A stretch of DNA of 63,993 bases, the filler included, from Choristocarpus tenellus KU-1152 (taxonomy: Eukaryota; Protista; Phaeophyceae), in NCBI GenBank assembly GCA_964200185.2. It is 11 parts of 11 records of this genome, joined end to end, with 100 filler letters (N's around TTAATTAATTAA, not from the genome) between each part and the next. Parts side by side here need not be neighbours in the genome. Positions count along the whole stretch, not along the records: positions 36,861 to 47,153 come from CAXNAD020003011.1; positions 47,254 to 51,122 come from CAXNAD020017483.1; 9 more parts are not named here. One strand, 5' to 3'. Each line of letters starts with the position of its first letter. The first letter of the stretch is position 1. The position numbers were made by a program, and so were the translations under genes. Under the pieces are notes generated by a model. It did not search any database, had not been told where the DNA came from, and was given only the letters and a program-made list of their open reading frames with translations. Below, piece by piece: positions 38,480 through 50,748 of the stretch.

Positions 38480-39789
38480 TTTTAATGTATAGGCAGTCGG
38501 AGTAAGTTACTCTTCGCTTAAAAAAAAAGATTTTGCTACCGTTGTCGGACAATGTTTTTTGTTTTTATTTTTGTATTTGCTCCGAAAATATATGTATCAT
38601 TTTGGTCGTGTAGATGTTGAAGTAAATATTATTTTAGTATTTTTTATTTTTCTGTAGGCTGTAGGCGGTGCCTTGAGCGTTTGCGAACTTCCAGGGGGGA
38701 GTGTAGTGCCATTGACCCCTCTGTTGTTATAGTGTCAGTGGTAGTTGGGGTACATGCTTGCGATGCATCTCTTGTTGGATGATGTGTTGGGTAGGGGGAT
38801 GGGGCGGAGAAGAAGGAGAGTAGTAGTGGGGAGGAAAAGGTCGAGGTCGTTGGCGTTGAGGGAGGTGCATTTTGCTGAGTTCACCGTGTGATGTAGATAC
38901 TGATGTTGTTATACCTTCTTTGTTCTGTTGACAATAAGCAACAGACAGGTAAGCAGTACAGTGGTCAGAATCGCTCACACTTTAATGCATTGATATACCG
39001 CAGTATTAAAAATAGTATCAAGGTCTTGGTGAACGCTCTGAGTAGCCACGAGGTATACCCTATGTACCTCAACCGTTTACCTCTTGTTTCTTATTTTGCC
39101 AGAGTTGCCATGAGTTATTTTCTTTTATTCTTCCCATAGCTTTCTAACCTGGAAAAAAAATAAAATATATATATATATATTATATATATGGCACTTGCGC
39201 TGGTTACACGCTGTGGTTGCAGATCCTCACCGAGCTTGGGACAGGTATGCCCAAGCCGGTGAAGCCACCCCCGATCGACATGCAGATGGTCATGCGCGTC
39301 ATGGTTGTTGCCTCCATCCCCATCTCCTTGACCATGCCCTCGGGGGTCCTTGTGTACTGGGTGACGACCAATACTGTCTCCATTGTGCAAAGGCTGGCTC
39401 TTGAAGTGCCGGCTGTGAAGAGCGCTATTGGGATGCCGAGCGGTCCTGAGAGGGAGGCGGCTGCAAGGGGAGCAGAGGTGGCATTGCAGCGAGAGGGATC
39501 TACGGTGGGTGACTAGGGGGGGATTAGGGGAGGGAGGGAGGATTAGATGTTATACTTTTATAGTATTTTCCTCTTTATTGCATACTGATTTTTGTTGCGG
39601 CACACCATTCTGTTTGTTCGTGGTAAATTGACCTCTACTTTGTAATACCCCCCCTCCCCCTCCCCCCTAATATGTTGTTACATGTGGCAGGCCCCCATTG
39701 AGGCGGAGTACACAATAAAGCAAGACACTGCTAGTAATGACAGAGATAACCTGCAGCGGTTGAGAGAGACGGTGGCTAAGGAGTCCAAG
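38276..39789 (+). CDS. Oxa1/YidC/Alb3-family membrane insertase (OXA1/COX18-like), partial gene
   Basis: Phase-0 exons 38276-38386 (GGALWFPDLSMTDPNYGLPLL), 39223-39504 (ILTELG...PSGVLVYWVTTN..SIVQ) and 39691-39789, all with AG/GT boundaries. Possible upstream microexon 37661-37682. Confidence 0.85.
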
Positions 39790-39944
39790 GTGAGCGGGTG
39801 TGTTTTTGAGAGGGGTATAATAAGGGGGGCAAGGAACGGAGGAGAGAGAGTGTAAACTTATTTTTATTTTTATTCCTTTGAAAGGGCGGAAGGGAGGGAG
39901 GGGAAGTATCAACACAATAATGACATATTTTGGGTATTCACTTT

Positions 39945-40100
39945 GGCTCAAAGTATCTTGGGGAGGTGGTGGCTGTCCATTTGGGGACCATTTTTTCATG
40001 TCGTGATTTTTGGGTGGCTTGGTTGCATACGTCAGATGGATCATGTAAACGCACTTTTCCTTATTTTGGTCCCAATGGACCCCCACAGAGACTTTGGATC
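39945..40100 (+). mobile_element. MITE family 2 (156 bp), TSD TTT
   Basis: GGCTCAAAGTATCTTGGGG ... CCCCACAGAGACTTTGGATC; TTT on both flanks; homologous to 12589-12730. Confidence 0.75.
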
Positions 40101-40399
40101 TTTCCTTGACCCCAAGCATGTAAGTACTTTATAAACTCGGAGTGCATAAGTAGATACAAGTGCTAGAGCTCTACTGTACTGCAGGACCACACTCTAACAG
40201 GACAGGATCTGTAGTGGAATTCCTCTTCATCCTTGCTGCACCTCCGAATTTGCTTATATTCCCCCATGTTAGTAGTCTCTGGCCGTGCCCAAGGCTGGTT
40301 GGTTGGTCTCTTGGACTAGGGCATGGAGTATTTCAATGCGATGGTGGCCTGTAACACTGGCAGTACAGCAGGGTGTGGTGGTTGGAGGTGTAGGTGTGT

Positions 40400-41700
40400 A
40401 GTAGTTACATGTATACTTTGCAGTGTTAGTACAATTTTTGCATGCTGTGCTTGGATGCAATGGTAGAGCCATCTTCCCTTGAGTAGGATGGTGCTGAGAA
40501 GCTCTTGTCGGGAATGGTCAAGTTGGTGCAGCCATGATGTTGTGAAGCACTCATCACAATCCTGTTGAAAGGTGTGATAGCTGCCATCCTCGGCATATGC
40601 ATGCTCAATGATCAACACTCTGCTGTTCCCAAATCGCCTCATGGGGACAACAAGGTCAACCCCTCTCATACATGCCATGTCACCAACTACATTCCTGATC
40701 CCACACCCCAGGTACCCCTTCCATTCTTCCAGGAGTATCACCTCATTGCCTGAAACGAAGCTTGTTGATAGCACTGTCCACTGTTGACTATCACATGATA
40801 CCAAACTCCCCGTCTCAGTGCTAGTGCCTCATCCTTAATCTTATTCCTTGGTAGCATGCCCTAAGGTAGTAGCACTGCTAGGCGCTAGGCCTTGGGTATC
40901 ATGTCGGAACCAAACACTGTTGTTGGATTTGAAGAGGACACAGAGGCTACATTATGATATCCTCATATTTGTTGGCTATGAAAGATTATCAAGAGACAAC
41001 CCTTTTGGGGATTGCGGTGAGGGCATCTTGGGATTATAGAGCCCCCGACATCGTGCAGAATATATATATATATATATTTCTTTATTTTTAATTTGTGTCG
41101 AGTAGCTATTGCTGCCTAAACTGTTCTTCTGGTTGCCGCCTTGTTTGATAAGAGCTCCACCCCCAAGGCCTTCGCCAAGGAGTACAGTATCTTGGATCCC
41201 AGTATGTGCAATTCCCTGAGAGAAGTGGTTATCCTTGCAATAGTGGGATTCTTACCGCATATTGGAGACTGGGTTATTAGACCTACCCCACAGGAACAGC
41301 ACCCTATCAGTATGTCCCGATTGAGGAGTGTCGTGAGAGGTTATGCTATGACCCTTTCACCTGCGATAGAGAGTAAGCTATAGCTAAGGAGGCTAGCAGA
41401 CTGGAATGTCGGAATTTATGCCCCCACCCTCCACGTGACATCACACCCCTCCCCATCCAACTTCACAAACGCTGGCTTTCCCTCTCACTACAGATCGCTC
41501 TGTAGCTCTTTGTAGTGCTACTAACCACAATGACCTTCAATACAGTGTTAGATATTGCTAGTCTCCTTGTGATTAGCAATCCCAGAGTGCTGCGCACTCC
41601 TGTGGGGTTGAGCATCAGCAATTTACCGTACATAGTGTCACTAATATGGTGCTATAATTCATACCCCCTGCCCTTCTTGAAGGATTTCCAGAAGCCTACT
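40400..41700 (-). mobile_element. Highly decayed non-LTR retrotransposon remnant(s)
   Basis: SLLSIAGERVIA near 41345-41380 resembles the LINE RT ISLLS..GK motif; weak RLE-like text at 40430-40600. Confidence 0.3.
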
Positions 41701-41703
41701 TAG

Positions 41704-44700
41704 AGCCTACATTGCACACTCCCCCATGAGCGTGCAGCAAAGTTGCTGACAAAAGCTCACGTGGACATGAAGCTGCGCAAGATGTCAGCCAGTTGTTTTG
41801 ATGTTGGAACGTATTATACGTGGAATAGACCCTGGTCCACGTATTCTCTGGTGCACTTCAGCTTCATGTCCACGTGCTTGGTTCTCCCGTTGAAACCTGT
41901 GATGCTGCCCGCCTGGATAGCACCACGGTTGTCACAGAACCATGGAGTCTGGTCCTGTAGTACGCTGATCTCCCCCAGAATGCCTTGAAGGAAAATGCAG
42001 TGGCGCATGCCGTATGCCATTGCCGTCCACTCTGCCTCCGAGCTGGAGAGGGTGACAGCGCCTTGAAGCCTGGAGCGCCAGGCGATCGGCAATCCGTTGA
42101 ACAATAGTAGGTAACTTGTGATGCTCCTGCGTGTTTGGGAGTCGGTGCCCCAGTCGGAATCCCCATACCCCACCAAGAGCTCTCCGTCCCCTCCGTTCAT
42201 ATCTTTACTCCCCTGACCATAGTGAATGCAGACGTCCAGTGTCCCTGCTACGTAGTGCAGAATGTGTTGCAGTCCGTGCCAGTGCCGCATGCATGGAGAC
42301 GCTGCCCTGAGCCCCAGTTCACGAACGCTGTTGGCCAGGTCTGGTTGAGTCATGCCTGCTAGAAACATGAGTTGGCCAAGGATGCTGGCATAGGGGTAGA
42401 TGGTGGGATTCAGTTCCTCCTCGTTGTCGTGCCTGGCAGAGAGGTCCATCCCGGGGTCCAGTGGTGTGGATGTTTCTTGCACTTCCATGGAGCCCATCCT
42501 GGCCATGACAATGCTTTCCGCGTATAGCTGTTAGTCCAGGGTGATGCCGTCCGCACCCACAGTGATGCCCACCCCAATCAGCTTGTCCGGCGTACCGAGG
42601 TCCCGCCCCTCGTACTTCTCCAGCAGTGATGGCCTCATCCTCTGTGTCTCCTCCGTGAAGTCCCCAGTGGTGGCAGTGTTGTCCACGTAGGTAGTAAGCA
42701 TGGCAATGCGTCCGTCTTCACTCTTCCTGAAGTAGAGGCACTCATCGTGTTGGCTGTTCGTCCACCCTTCTGCCAGAATGGTGCTGCGTAGCTCATGATA
42801 CCATTCCATGGCTGACTGCTTCAGCCCATAGATTGCCTTCTCTGCCTTGATGGTGCGGCCGTCCGGAAGCTTCAGCCAGACGTCCTCCTGCAGGTCTGCG
42901 TTGAGGTAGGCTTGTGTGAAGTCCAGGGCATCGATGCTCCAACCTCTGTATGCTGCGACTGATATGATGCACCGTAGTGTGTCATACCCCACCACTGGGC
43001 TGAAGGTTTCGAAGAAGTCCACACCTGCGTTTTGGGTGAAGCCACAGGCCACGAGTCATGCCTTATAGCATTCCACTGTCCCATCTGCGGAGCGCTTGAT
43101 TTTGAAGACGAATCGCGTCTTGATCGCCTTCCTCCCTTGGGGCAGGGCCTTTTCACCAAACGTCCCTTTCTGCCATAGCTTTCGTCATGGCTTCTTGCCA
43201 CTGCTCTGCATCCGGCCCACTCAAGGCCTTCTTTGTTGTAGACGACTCGTCTGCACCTGTTGCCACCTCCTCCATGAGACCCATAAGGCAGTACACATCG
43301 TTGTTCTGCTGTATGAGGCTGCTGTATGAGGGTTGACACGAAGTGGTTCGTGTCCGTTTCCTCATCCCCTTCCAGGTTGCACAGCTGGGGTGTGTAGGCC
43401 GCCCGCTGGCGCTGCTCCAGCCGGGAAGATCTCCGCTGTCCAGAGTGTGGGGCCAGGCACTTGGCCGCTATCTGCTCTGCCCTATCCATGCACTGGCGTT
43501 GTCCCATCCCGGGAGAAATCTCTTGATTTTGATGGGGTGCTGAGCACTTTGCATCTTGAGCCCCACGCCCAATGTTTCCACTCGCATTCCCAGTCGTGTG
43601 TGTTTCGCTCCCTGTTGTGGCAGCCTCCTCTCCACCTTCTCCATCTATGTTCATGTCGTCCTCATGCTCCGACTCCCCCAGTATGTCCAGCTCTGGCTCC
43701 CCCACCAGTTCTAGCAGTTTGGCTTCAGGTTGGAACTTCACTTGTGCGGAGGTCAACAGCTTACCTTCGTGCGGGATCCACACGTGCCAGCACAGTGACG
43801 CCCTGTCGTGCCCGACGAGGATCCCCTGCTTTGCGTATGGGTGGAACTGAACTTGGAACTGGTGGAACTTGGCGTTGGCGCCACGCTGTTGGTTGGTCTG
43901 ATGAACGAAGAACTCCGTCCCGAACACACGGAGCCGCTTGTAGTTGAATGGCTTGCTGGTCAGGCGCTCGCATGGTGTCTCTCCGCCCAGGTACTCGTGG
44001 GGCATGCCTGTGGTCTTGTATGTGGCGTCTGCCACCGCGAAGAACCAGAACTCCTCCCCCCAGTCCAGCATGGATCAGCTGACTGTGCGCCGCTTGCATC
44101 ACCTGTTTGATTGCCCACTCAGCAATCCCGTTGCTCTGGGGCGTGCATGGGGGGGTCTTGCGCCATTTCACACCCCGCTCTGTCAGCATGCGCTGGAACC
44201 TTACGCTCCTCCCGAGCTCACCAGCGTCATCCCCACTGATGCATCTCACCACCACCCCTTCTTGAGCCATTTCGTCGATGTAGGCGACGGTGGCCGCTGT
44301 AGCGGCGTCTTTGGTACGCAGACGCATCACGCACTTCTCCCGGTTGGCCTCGTCCACAAACACCTGAAAGTACTTCATGCCCGTCATGTCCGGATCGAAG
44401 GGTCCCTCCAGGTCTGTGTGCACCACCTCCCCCACCGTCTTGTGACTGCGGCCGCCCCGTGCGTAACTGAGTGCCTCGGACTTGCACTCCTTGCATACAT
44501 ACCTGGCAGTGGAGCTCTCGGGCGACTGTAGCATCTGCGATGTCCAGGAGGCCTCGTTTCTCGAGGTGCTTAATCGCGAATGGGTTGAGGTGACCCATGA
44601 CGTTGTGCCAGTCGGAGAAGGAGAGACGCTGCTGCTTATTGGCGTAGCTAGCATTGATCGTTGCCTGGCCCTTCTTCCCCTTTTTTTTTCGCCTGGAGCT

Positions 44701-46424
44701 GGGCCCGCAGCATCAGGAAGGCTCCCTTCTCCTCCAAATGGATCTTGGCTGCCTCCTTGCTGGGCTGGTATGTAGCTTCTCCTGATCCCTGAGTCCACAA
44801 ACTCACCTCCCTTGCGCTGCACGCTGCCTGTGCTGAGAAGCCTGCATGGCAGACCCGGTACCCAGAGCACATCCTGGAGCACAATCGTGGTCGTTGTGCC
44901 CGTCTCGTCAGTTGCCTCCAGGACCCTCGCCGACTGCTTGTACGTCCAGTGTACCTTTCTTTCCAAAGGTGCAGGTGCGGGTGATAGCTGTTGCTGCAGT
45001 GAGGTCCTGCAGTCGGGGGGGTAAGGTGCACGTTTGCACCTGAGTCGCACAGTAGGCTGATGGTCTTGGACAGATCTTGAGATGAGGACAGGAGCGCTTC
45101 CTCGACCATCCTGTTGTACATGTCCTCCCCTACAGACACGTTCATGGCCAGGAACGCCCACGATGAGCCCTGGCGATCAGCCTTGCCTCTGCCTCTGCAA
45201 CTGCTGCTCCATTCCCTGGTTGGTGTGGTCATGGAAATTTGTGCGCCGCCCCAAGCCCGTGGGGGCGCTTAGCAGGAGGTTTGCCAGCCAAGTACGAGTG
45301 GCGTTCTTTCCATCTGTGATTAAACTTGAGACAGAACGCACATTGGTTTGAACCGAGGCCGCTCCCGTACCCGTCTCCCTGTCAGTCTCTCTGCATCTGT
45401 GCGGAGCGCCATAGCCCCCGAGCTCCTAGTCGTTTCCCCCGTGACCTCCGTGGTCATGTATGAACAGGAGGAAATGATGGCGTTTTTGAGTTGGTCATAG
45501 GTGAGGTCTTTAGCTGTGGACAGCTGTGCAAACACCTGTGGCATGCTGTCTCTGATGACGATGATCAGAGCTCCTTTCTTGGCATGATCCTCCTTGGCCG
45601 CCTCCAGCTGCTGCTCGTACTCTGTCCGGACGTGATCGAGACGAATGACGAAGTCGGCAGCGTCCTCCACCGACGAGCAGTACATGTCACGCAGCTTCAT
45701 CTCGAGAGCTATGAGCTGCATGGGCCGCTGGACCGCACCGCACGCCCCCCATAGATCTGCTCCAACTTGGGCCAGGCTGCCCTCCCGTCGAGGCTGCCAT
45801 TATTTTCGTGGGTGCTGACCACCATCGCTGCAGCCCCCCTCGTGGTCCGGCCCAGCAGGAACCACAAGGCCTCGTGGTGCTTGACGTACTCCTCGTATGC
45901 GCTGCGTTCCCCAAACGATGTATCAGCCGTAGGAGGTGCAGGGATGTAGTACGCCGGTTGGAGGATGCGATACAGTCCCTTGCCGCTCGCATAGCTCACC
46001 AGCGCCATCCACCATTCTGCCCACTTCTCCCTTGTATGTCCATGCGCGCCAGCCAGTCCATAGTGGCAGCTTACGTCGGTCTGCCCGCTTCCATACCTAT
46101 GAGGCTCATAACCTGTGCAAAAGAGAGCGCTATTCGAATAGAGTTTTTGCTTTATGTGGTATGGATGTATTTATTGGCGGAGTGAGCACCATCCCCTCGA
46201 GGTGGGGGGTGCTCTGCCTCGTTATCTATTGCGCGCATCAGCAGACACATCAAAACGTGTCTGTGTCAGTCACACTACGTCAGTCGTCCTGCGTCAGCTA
46301 CTTAGATTAAGCAGAAATAAAAAGTAAACCCATTGACACTTAATCCACTCAGTCAACATTTCCGTTACATACTACTGGGTATCAAACACATAAGAACCTA
46401 TCGACTACCAGCCTATATTGCACA
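41704..46424 (-). mobile_element. Ty1/copia family B, near full-length, degenerate
   Basis: 5' LTR 46114-46424 (TG...CA); PBS GGTTATGAGCC 46103-46113; gag from ATG 46109; protease LCDSGANVHL; integrase (MGHLNP..CQVC, HTDLEGP, FVDEA, PQSNGIAE); RT (DFTQAYLN, TYVDN); RNase H (YGDSDWG, SSSEAE, CDNRGAI, TKHVD); PPT GGGGGAG followed by TGTGCAATGTAGGC from 41718. Confidence 0.93.
46114..46424 (-). repeat. 5' LTR of copia family B (311 bp)
   Basis: TGTGCAATATAGGC...TTTTGCACA immediately before the PBS; homologue at ~28510-28886. Confidence 0.85.
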
Positions 46425-47291
46425 GGGTCAAGATGCGTGGTTTGCAAGGTCCCTTGGTGTGTAGCCCCTAAGGTCATGAGCCAGGATGATTTTGTTCAGC
46501 TTCAGTTTTGTTATTCTGAGTCCTTGCTCTGCCCTCCCCTGGTAGACAACCACTCTCTATTACTTCAGAGGGTTTTTTATGATGGGGTGTACTGCTTTGG
46601 GTTTTTTTTCAAGAGTTTGAATGCTTTGTTTACAGGATTTGGAAGGGGGAGTGCCTGCTGTAGTACTTCAAAAAGTTGTACCGAAGTAAAGTGTGAGGTG
46701 AGGGAAACTTCCTAGCTTGTTCTGCTTGTGGTATGTTTCACCTAGCCTACCCCCGCCTATGGCACTATCCAATTATCAACCTGGATTAGAGTTGATAAAA
46801 TGCAACAAGAACGGGCTGCCATGCTCACATCTAACCTTGTAAAGTGGCCTCAACTGCCCGTGTCCTTAGTGTCTCTCTGACTCTCTCCTTGTCCAAGCTT
46901 AACCTGACATCTATTTCCAGCCCACTCCCTCCTCAGGGAGTGCCTAATGACTGTACCTTACAAACACCTTGAGAAAGCCCCCCAACAACCCCACTCCCCA
47001 CTTTGACTCTTCCCCCATTCATCTGTGACACTGGCAGGTCAAACACAATACCCTCAAGCAGGAACACACTTCACATCTATCCCAGGAGGAGACGGAATTG
47101 AAAAGGGAGGGGGAGGGGGAGGGGAAGAAACCTTAGGTCAAGAAGGACAACACNNNNNNNNNNNNNNNNNNNNNNNNNNNNNNNNNNNNNNNNNNNNTTA
47201 ATTAATTAANNNNNNNNNNNNNNNNNNNNNNNNNNNNNNNNNNNNNNNNNNNNCAATGACAGAACGACCTGTGTGTGGAGTGATCTGAGAG

Positions 47292-47331
47292 GGGTTAGTG
47301 TTAGGGTTAGGGTTAGTGTTAGGGTTAGGGT
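47292..47331 (+). repeat. Interstitial telomere-like TTAGGG/TTAGTG repeats
   Basis: About 6 hexamers; similar short tracts at 2050-2077, 48916-48930, 49527-49542, 50053-50066 and 62802-62813. Confidence 0.7.
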
Positions 47332-48544
47332 CAATCTTGACCTTTCAGGGCTTCATGACCTTCTTGAACCTTGAGGAAAATATTCCATCCCTGAATCTGA
47401 AAGGCAGATTAATCCTATCTTGGAGGGTGTGGATATGTATGTAGAGAAGAAGATTATATATGAAGTTTTGTTGGCTGAAAGCACCCTCCATGGTGCTCAA
47501 AACACAGACAGGTACCCCAAGCTAGATGTAGTAGGGGTCCTCTAAACACGATGACATCCCCCTCTTTGATAGTTTCTTGAGTGGTAAGGTACGAAGAACC
47601 GCCAGTCCCGATCGTCAAAGGAATTGATTGTAAGGTATTTAGATTGATTGTAAGATATATATATAAATTTGAGAAAAAACAAGATTTGAAACATTTTGTT
47701 AGGGGGAGGAGGGCAATGCGGGTTCCGATTACATTAAAGAAACATCCTTTGTGGGGTGTGTGATTTGAACATTTGGGTTTCTGTAGTAGTTATTTCCTGA
47801 CCGAGCCTAGTGTATGTGTTACGCATTATCTCTCTCTGTCTATATATATGTATGTAGATGTGTTGTGTGTTTTGTGACATGTAGCTTTTGGTTAAGACAA
47901 GAAGTACTCTCTTTTTTTTTTTGCAGTGTATGTGTGCTGGTTCTGGTGTGGTTGATCACTGCTCTGTGGGTATAGAGTGGACATTCTGAAGGAATTAGAG
48001 GGTGCATTATATGTTCTTTGGTAATGTTGATTGGGAAGGAGAGATTTTTCTGTTTTTGTTTCCACTCACCGGCGATGGTTTTTGTAGAGAGATTGGTTCA
48101 CAGGATTCGTACTGTTGAAGGCCGGTTGTGCGTACAACCTCTTCGAAGATTCCCCTGAAATAATAAAAATAGCCTAAAAGTGTTCTAATTGTTTACCACG
48201 CTTTGAATGTTGTGGGTTAGTGTTAGGGTCTCTGCCTTCAGAGCAAGAGCTGTTCCGACCTCTATTCCATTTGCCATTGTGTCATGATGAATAACACAAC
48301 TTAGAATATCACACCGCTGTTGATGAAGATCAATTTTCCACCAATGAGATCGGAGGGTTGGGCGAGTCTGTGTGGTGGTATGAGGTATACCTCTGAAGGT
48401 ATAAGTCGATTCGATTTTGATTGGCGTACTCATCAAGCCTCCATCCCTGGGGAGGGGTGTGAATGATGTTGCTGCTGTTACCTCTCTATACATGAATGAT
48501 CAATGTTATATAGGGGGACAGTGTTGAACTATTTTGTAGTACGA

Positions 48545-48579
<35 letters not shown>

Positions 48580-50460
48580 TCTGGTGGTAGATTTTGAATA
48601 CACTACTACCTGCATCCCATAATAATAATAATAGTAATAATAATAATAATGTTTCGAGAAGTTGTGTAGGGTTAGGGTATTGTTATGACAAAAATGCCAG
48701 CGAAGGCATTGGAAACCCTCCTCTCTTTTTTTTGTTTTGGAGAGGGTTTTGAGGTACTGGTATATTTCTAAGTCAGAGTGCATGCAAGAGAGAGGATGGG
48801 GTGTAGATGATAGTGCACCAATAGTCTCTGACCAATTACATGTGTTATGGGTGAAGCTATGTGCAAGCGTGGGTGAACATTTGACAGTTAGGTTAATGTG
48901 TAGGTGAAACGTTTTAAGGGTTAGGGTTAGCCTTATCTAGCATGATATTTTAATTTTCCTCTTTGGTGTTGGTTGGTGTCCTGGGTGGCGTTATCATATT
49001 GCCCCGGGGCTGAAGGAACAGAGGACTCTAGGAGGGTGTATCCTCAGATGAAGATTTAAATAAAATTGATGATGTTGATACATGGTGAATACATGGTACA
49101 TGGTACATGGTGAATGGACTCATTAAGATCGGCTCTCGGCCTATGTTGTAACTCTAGTGAATGGCGATGCTTTGAAGATGATGTTGTGAAATGAGTTTTT
49201 GTTCTTAATGGTTCGGAGGGAGGGGGGGGGGGAAGAGTATCTGATGTAGCAATGAGGTTTTATTTTTTCAGACCAGCATTCTGATTGGTCGATTAGGTCG
49301 ATGCTGCTGTCTTCTCTAGCTTGGGTACTGTTAGTCATGTGTAGAGCATGGAGGTTGAGGTGTACCTGTTGCTGTGTACATAGCACTACAGAGCACTACA
49401 GATCATGGTCACCTTTATTGGGTCATTGACCAATCAGCAGAGCTTCTTCCTCCCCGAAGTAGGAATAGTTGATGAGATCTTAAATGTCTCATCTCCATTG
49501 AATATTTTTTTGCCCCATATTTATTTTTAGGGTTAGGGTTAGTTCAACAAATTTTGAGACAAGCTCTGACATCAGCTTTAATAAAAAAAAGTGCTGTAGA
49601 ATTGTAGAATTTTATTTTTTGAAGTGGATATTGTCATCCCCTCTTGTTCTGAATTGTTGAAAAAAAAATTGAGCCTCAAAGTATTGCGTTTTTTTGTGTT
49701 CTGTATTGGATGGAACCTTGAGGGACTATCTTGTGCCTGTGTCCTTGACTCTATCTAGTGGATGGACATTCATAGATGGAGGGTCACAAAAATAGGTTGT
49801 ATGCAGACTACGGACCTGTTTCAGGTGATGTCATTCCAGGCATATGAATAGGTTGTAGTGTAGTTGGTAGCATGATATGAGTTTGAAGGAAGGTGAAGAC
49901 AGTATGGTATTTTTGTCAGGGTGTACCTCATATTGTCACACCGATGTTTTTGTCCCCTTAGTGTATAGTTGGTCTTTGTCTCTAATTTTTTTTATTTTTT
50001 TTGCTGCTCCTATGCTTGATGATGCTGTTAATTAATTAACATATTGGTAATTGGGTTAGGGTTAGGACACATTTCGAGAGTAATAGCTACCTCTAGAATG
50101 TAGTACTATTTCAATTGTAACAACGATAATAGTATTCTAATAATAATTATTATTATTACTATTATTATTATTAATGCTGCTGCACTCTACTTTTTTTGTT
50201 AAAAAAAAAAATCAATACATATTTGTGCTGTGTGAGCAATAGACTCGTTTAGTTTTGGTAGTGCCATTGGTATTTTTATTACGTATTTGGTATGAATGGA
50301 ATTGAGTTCAGTGCTGTTTGTGTGTAAACTGGTTGGATACGCTTTCAAATTATTTTACTGATCTCTGTTCTGCAACAATGATTATAGTCCATTTTGCTCA
50401 TCATATGTTTTCTCATTATTTCTAGTGTGAATGGTATTTTTGTTGACTATATTTGGTCAA

Positions 50461-50748
50461 TGGTTTTTGTAGTGATAATAAGGATAAACGAATGAGAGAG
50501 ACTCTTGGGAACAATACAGTGGTTTTTGTAGTGATAATAAGGATGAACGAATGAGAGAGACTCTTGGGAACAATACAGAGGTTTTTGTAGTGATAATAAG
50601 GATGAACGAATGAGAGAGACTCTTGGGAACAATACATTGGTTTTTGTAGTGATAATAAGGATGAACGAACGAGACTCTTGGGGACAATACAGAGGTTTTT
50701 GTAGTGATAATAAGGATGAACAAACGAGACTCTTGGGGACAATACAGT
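50461..50748. repeat. ~59-bp tandem minisatellite, 5 units
   Basis: ggtttttgtagtgataataaggatgaacgaatgagagagactcttgggaacaatacag repeated; the last two units are slightly shorter. Confidence 0.92.

Noticed and set aside
50461-50748. Regular repeats resembling a CRISPR array (also 1015-1307 and 63055-63178)
   Set aside because: Units are contiguous with no unique spacers and no cas genes; these are minisatellites.
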